Source: a virus
Strand: one strand, 5' to 3'
Length of the DNA: 12,536 bases
Virus genome (UHGV): UHGV-1658101
This document shows, piece by piece, positions 9,051-12,536 of the stretch; the stretch's first letter is position 1; each line of letters begins with the position of its first letter. The notes under the pieces were generated by a model that made no database searches, was not told the DNA's origin, and worked only from the letters and a program-made list of their open reading frames with translations. Position numbers and translations under genes: made by a program.

Positions 9051-9569
9051 TCACTTTGGCAGTCCGGGGATCGATATTTGCGCCTGCTGCTCAATCCTTT
9101 CGATTCTTGCTATGAGTTGAGGTTTTTTGATCCTGCCCCAGCGGTTCAGCAAGCGTCCTGACATACTGGCAACATCCTTTTCCTTCATGAACTCCAGCAT
9201 TAACTCGTTGTGCTCTCTTTGGTATGAGTGAGCCACCTCCATCAGCCTGTCACGCATCCAATTAAATGCTCTGATAAACGCCTCTTTGATGGCGGCAGCT
9301 TTTTTGCCGGTAAACGACATGATGATGTACATCGCACCGTCTTTGGAAATTTCATATTCAACATACTGATTACCCTTGTGTTCATAGGTAACCCGCGAAA
9401 AGTTGCTGGTTAGAAATTCATCCGAACAGTCTAGCTTTTCGATTTTCTGAATGATGTGGTGATGCTGCTTGTCGAAGTAAGCTGCTACCTTGCGGGAGGT
9501 TGTGATCACGCGATCACCAGAAACAACCACCATGTCCCGGAAATCGAGATTAGCCAATTGATGATTCAT
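9051..9569 (-). CDS. rha: Rha-family phage regulatory protein
   Basis: Sequence from MNHQLANLDFRDMVVVSGDRVITTSRKVAAYFDKQHHHIIQKIEKL...YIIMSFTGKKAAAIKEAFIRAFNWM matches the Phage_pRha pattern; ATG at 9569 with AAGG RBS. The track's 253-aa ORF starts at a TTG at 9812 and its extra 81 residues run across an intrinsic terminator, so I treat them as non-coding. Confidence 0.8.
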   Translation of the reverse strand: MNHQLANLDFRDMVVVSGDRVITTSRKVAAYFDKQHHHIIQKIEKLDCSDEFLTSNFSRVTYEHKGNQYVEYEISKDGAMYIIMSFTGKKAAAIKEAFIRAFNWMRDRLMEVAHSYQREHNELMLEFMKEKDVASMSGRLLNRWGRIKKPQLIARIERIEQQAQISIPGLPK

Positions 9570-9611
9570 AGCGTCTTTACCTTTTAGAAAGTGAGCCTGT
9601 CTCACAGAAAA

Positions 9612-9640
9612 GCCGCCCGAGAGAGGTCGCCACCTATAAC
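9612..9640 (-). other. Lambda cosN-like motif (candidate cohesive-end site)
   Basis: Minus strand GTTATAGGTGGCGACCTCTCTCGGGCGGCTTTTC resembles lambda cos (GTTACGGGGCGGCGACCTCGCGGGTTTTCGC, quoted from memory): shared GGCGACCTC, CGGG and TTTTC, at the equivalent position downstream of Rz. Confidence 0.3.
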
Positions 9641-9705
9641 GGCATTTCTCAGGCTCGCTTACTGAAAGGCTCTCGTTAATATGCGCGTGAGATGCGCTGT
9701 GAAAT

Positions 9706-9736
9706 TCAGATATAAAAAGCCCCGCGAATGCGAGGC
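9706..9736 (-). terminator. Rho-independent terminator between the lysis cassette and rha
   Basis: Minus-strand RNA GCCUCGC-AUUC-GCGGGGC (7-bp stem with one G-U pair) followed by UUUUUAUAUCUG; 175 nt downstream of the Rz stop. Confidence 0.55.
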
Positions 9737-9911
9737 TAAATCCTGGTATTTGTAATGAACTGGCTCTTATCTCAACGCAGCCCCTTACTGCGCGCCAGAT
9801 GCTCAATATCAAGCATCAGCAATGAGATGTTTAATCTGGATTTACTCCAGAAGTGATCACCACCCTGTCTACAGAGCCAGATGTGAAGGATGATGAGTAA
9901 AATTATCGCTA

Positions 9912-10349
9912 TCATCGAAGGCATTGCGTCCTGATGTATTCCTGCAGGTAGTTAACCTGCGCGGTTATCCTGTCGATTCCACTTCGGAGACGGTAATAAT
10001 TGAGTTCAGCATCTGCTGTAAGTCTTGGGCTTTCTCCATCGCCCATGCTGCTGGCTCCGGTCGTTGACTTTGCACAGGTGGCGGCGACTTGCAGGCGCTT
10101 ACGACCAGCAGAAACATCAGCACGGAGACTTTCGATAGTCGCGTTAGCATCAGCAAGCTCCTTTGTGTATCTGGCGTCGAGTTCTGCTACATCACGTTGA
10201 CGCTTCTGCATGTCAGCGATTGTGGATGTGGCTTTATCTCGCTGCTCTTTGTAGGCGATGGCGTTATCACGGTAATGATTAACAGACCATAACAGGCAGA
10301 CGATGATGCAGATAACCAGAGCGGAGATAATCGCGGTGACTCTGCTCAT
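9912..10349 (-). CDS. Rz: Rz inner-membrane spanin (i-spanin)
   Basis: 145-aa ORF; N-terminal TM segment [16 protein letters not shown] then coiled-coil-like region; N-terminus resembles lambda Rz while the remainder diverges; start overlaps the R stop. Confidence 0.85.
   Translation of the reverse strand: MSRVTAIISALVICIIVCLLWSVNHYRDNAIAYKEQRDKATSTIADMQKRQRDVAELDARYTKELADANATIESLRADVSAGRKRLQVAATCAKSTTGASSMGDGESPRLTADAELNYYRLRSGIDRITAQVNYLQEYIRTQCLR
9965..10150 (-). CDS. Rz1: Rz1 outer-membrane lipoprotein spanin (o-spanin), embedded in Rz in the +1 frame
   Basis: ORF wholly inside Rz; first ATG at 10150 (track start 10156 is TTG); signal peptide with lipobox VSAC then Pro-rich mature region ([13 protein letters not shown]). 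Confidence 0.7.
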   Translation of the reverse strand: MLTRLSKVSVLMFLLVVSACKSPPPVQSQRPEPAAWAMEKAQDLQQMLNSIITVSEVESTG

Positions 10350-10822
10350 ACCTCAATCTCTCTGACCGTTCCGCCCGCTTCTTTGAATTTTGCAATCAGG
10401 CTATCAGCCTTATGCTCGAACTGACCATAACCAGCGCCCGGAAGTGAAGCCCAGATATTGCTGCAACGGTCAATTGCCTGACGAATATCACCGCGATCAA
10501 TCATCGGTAAAGCGCCACGTTCTTTAATCTGTTGCAGTGCCACAGCGTCCTGGCTTTTCGGAGAGAAGTCTTTCAGGCCAAGTTGCTTGCGGTAGGCATC
10601 CCACCAACGGGAAAGAAGCTGGTAACGTCCGGCGGCTGTTGATTTGAGTTTTGGGTTTAGCGTGACAAGTTTGCGAGGGTGATCGGAGTAATCAGTGAAT
10701 AGCTCTCCGCCTACAATGACGTCATAACCATGATTTCTGGTTTTCTGACGTCCGTTATCAGTTCCCTCTGACCACGCCAGCATATCGAGGAACGCCTTAC
10801 GTTGATTATTGATTTCCACCAT
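10346..10822 (-). CDS. R: Endolysin R (lambda-type lytic transglycosylase)
   Basis: 158-aa protein [39 protein letters not shown]... is essentially lambda R as recalled; overlaps the S 3' end by 17 nt. Confidence 0.95.
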   Translation of the reverse strand: MVEINNQRKAFLDMLAWSEGTDNGRQKTRNHGYDVIVGGELFTDYSDHPRKLVTLNPKLKSTAAGRYQLLSRWWDAYRKQLGLKDFSPKSQDAVALQQIKERGALPMIDRGDIRQAIDRCSNIWASLPGAGYGQFEHKADSLIAKFKEAGGTVREIEV

Positions 10823-11129
10823 CTTCTACTCCGGCTTTTTTAGCAGCGAAGCGTTTGATAAGCGAACCAATCGAGTCAGTACCGATGTAGCCGATAAACA
10901 CGCTCGTTATATAAGCGAGATTGCTACTTAGTCCGGCGAAGTCGAGAAGGTCACGAATGAACCAGGCGATAATGGCGCACATCGTTGCGTCGATTACTGT
11001 TTTTGTAAACGCACCGCCATTATATCTGCCGCGAAGGTACGCCATTGCAAACGCAAGGATTGCCCCGATGCCTTGTTCCTTTGCCGCGAGAATGGCGGCT
11101 AACAGGTCATTTTTTTCTGGCATCTTCAT
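10806..11129 (-). CDS. S: Holin S (class I, lambda-type) with dual-start motif
   Basis: 107-aa protein [39 protein letters not shown]... is near-identical to lambda S as recalled; Met1-Lys2-Met3 gives the S107 antiholin and S105 holin starts. Confidence 0.95.
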   Translation of the reverse strand: MKMPEKNDLLAAILAAKEQGIGAILAFAMAYLRGRYNGGAFTKTVIDATMCAIIAWFIRDLLDFAGLSSNLAYITSVFIGYIGTDSIGSLIKRFAAKKAGVEDGGNQ

Positions 11130-11523
11130 GTCTTACCCCCAATAAGGGGATTTGCTCTATTTAATTAGGAATAAGGTCGATTACTGATAGAACAAATCCA
11201 GGCTACTGTGTTTAGTAATCAGATTTGTTCGTGACCGATATGCACGGGCAAAGCGGCATGAGGTTGTTAGCGCAGCCTCTTGCCACCCGCTTTCACGAAG
11301 GTCATGTGTAGAAGGCCGCAGCGTAACTATCACTGATGAATTCAGGATAGCCAGTGGCTACGGCTCAGTTTGGGTTGTGCTGTTGCTGGGCGGCGATGAC
11401 GCCTGTACGCATTTGGTGATCCGGTTCTGCTTCCGGCATTCGCTTAATTCAGCACAACGGAAAGAGCACTCGGTGCATTTAAGACAAGCTCCATAAGGGA
11501 GAATGCTCTTACCTGTTACACAG

Positions 11524-11586
11524 ATATAAAAAATCCCGAAACCGTTATGCAGGCTCTAACTATTGCCTGCGAACTGTTTCGGGATT
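11524..11586 (-). terminator. tR' late-operon terminator (3' end of the 194-nt 6S leader RNA)
   Basis: Minus strand AATCCCGAAAC ... GTTTCGGGATT (11-bp stem, structured loop with GCAGG/CCTGC) then TTTTATATCTG; matches lambda tR' as recalled. Confidence 0.8.
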
Positions 11587-11720
11587 GCATTTTACAGACC
11601 TCTCAGCCTGCGATGGTTGGAGTTCCAGACGATACGTCGAAGTGACCAACTAGGCGGAATCGGTAGTAAGCGCCGCCTCTTTTCATCTCACTACCACAAC
11701 GAGCGAATTAACCCATCGTT

Positions 11721-11755
11721 GGGTCAAATTTACCCAAGTTTATTCAAAAAGTCAA
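11721..11755 (-). promoter_or_regulatory. Late promoter pR' with the Q-utilisation (qut) region
   Basis: Minus strand TTGACT (-35, fwd 11750-11755), 17-bp spacer, TAAATT (-10, fwd 11727-11732), about 29 nt downstream of the Q stop; predicted start near 11720, 194 nt from the tR' U-tract. Confidence 0.75.
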
Positions 11756-11797
11756 TATCATGCCGTTAATATGTTGCCATCCGTGGCAATCATGCTG

Positions 11798-12421
11798 CTA
11801 ACGTGTGACCGCATTCAAAATGTTGTCTGCGATTGACTCTTCCTTGTGGCATTGCACCACCAGAGCGTCATACAGCGGCTTAACAGTGCGTGACCAGGTG
11901 GGTTGGGTAAGGTTTGGGATTAGCATCGTTACAGCGCGATATGCAGCGCTTGCTGGCATCCTTGAATAGCCGACACCTTTGCATCTTCCGCACTCTTTCT
12001 CAACAACTCTCCCCCACTGCTCTGTTTTTGCTATATCAACCACACGGCCTGTACCGTGGCAATCTCTGCATCTTGCCCCCGGCGTCGCGGCACTACGGCA
12101 ATAATCCGCATAAGCGAATGTTGCGAGCACTTGCAGTACCTTTGCCTTAGTATTTCCTTCGAGCTTTGCCACACCACGGTATTTCCCCGATACCTTGTGT
12201 GCAAATTGCATCAGATAGTTGATAGCCTTTTGTTTGTCGTTCTGGCTGAGTTCGTGCTTACCACAGAATGCAGCCATACCGAATCCGGCTTGTGATTGCG
12301 CCATCCCCATAGCAGCCATCACATCAGTACCGGAAAGAGAGTCAGAAGCCGTAGCCCGTGGTGAGTCGCTCATCATCGGGCTTTTTGGCGAATGAAATTT
12401 AGCTACGCTTTCGAGTCTCAT
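11798..12421 (-). CDS. Q: Late-gene antiterminator Q
   Basis: 207-aa protein MRLESVAKFHSPKSPMMSDSPRATASDSL... with zinc-binding CRDCHGTGR...CGRCKGVGY; essentially lambda Q as recalled. Confidence 0.95.
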   Translation of the reverse strand: MRLESVAKFHSPKSPMMSDSPRATASDSLSGTDVMAAMGMAQSQAGFGMAAFCGKHELSQNDKQKAINYLMQFAHKVSGKYRGVAKLEGNTKAKVLQVLATFAYADYCRSAATPGARCRDCHGTGRVVDIAKTEQWGRVVEKECGRCKGVGYSRMPASAAYRAVTMLIPNLTQPTWSRTVKPLYDALVVQCHKEESIADNILNAVTR

Positions 12422-12536
12422 CGTCTTCCCCTCTTGCCCTGTTTGACCATCAGGACGCCGTTAACTATTGCGTGACGCTCGCCTTTGCTGTCTCGGTTGT
12501 ACTTGAGCACTGTTCCTCTTGCGCAGGAAAGCATCC
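12418..12536 (-). CDS. ninH: NinH-like protein, 3' end only (truncated by window edge)
   Basis: Open frame from the window edge to a TGA overlapping the Q start (ATGA); C-terminus ...CARGTVLKYNRDSKGERHAIVNGVLMVKQGKRGRR resembles lambda NinH (...CSRGTVRKY..DGK.HAIVNDVLMV...) as recalled. Confidence 0.55.
   Translation of the reverse strand, partial: MLSCARGTVLKYNRDSKGERHAIVNGVLMVKQGKRGRR

Noticed and set aside
8964-9161. 65-aa plus-strand ORF overlapping the rha 3' end
   Set aside because: Opposite strand to the whole operon, overlaps a supported CDS, no RBS.
9893-9934. 13-codon plus-strand ORF ([13 protein letters not shown]) where lambda carries the opposite-strand bor gene
   Set aside because: Far too short and unlike the Bor lipoprotein; this phage appears to lack bor.
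11130-11797. Possible tRNA, toxin or other cargo between Q and S
   Set aside because: The interval matches the plain lambda late leader (pR', 6S RNA, tR', S leader) at the expected length; I see no cloverleaf-like structure or ORF.
1-12536. CRISPR arrays, IS elements or integrase/att sites
   Set aside because: No regularly spaced direct repeats, terminal inverted repeats or recombinase-like ORFs were seen; the window is internal to the prophage late region.

Overview
This window is the late region of a lambdoid (lambda-like) enterobacterial prophage, with every gene on the minus strand, transcribed from high to low coordinates. Right to left: the 3' end of a ninH-like gene, antiterminator Q, the late promoter pR' and terminator tR' bracketing a 194-nt leader, a lysis cassette (S holin with dual start, R endolysin, Rz/Rz1 spanins), an intrinsic terminator, a Rha-family regulatory gene, an HNH endonuclease directly abutting a small terminase subunit, the large terminase, portal, a MuF-like head morphogenesis protein, a protease/scaffold-like protein, a putative decoration protein, the major capsid protein and three small structural genes. 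The Q-to-Rz segment matches phage lambda as I remember it, whereas the packaging and head module is not lambda-type (no Nu1/A/B/C/D/E), so the window spans a mosaic junction. I found no tRNA, CRISPR array, transposase, toxin or obvious defence cargo. The most unusual points are the Rha gene with its own terminator, the HNH-TerS coupling, a lambda-cosN-like motif upstream of rha, and a 149-bp portal/MuF overlap. I do not see evidence for a genuinely novel system. All identifications come from reading the sequence and ORF track and from recalled family knowledge, with no database search.
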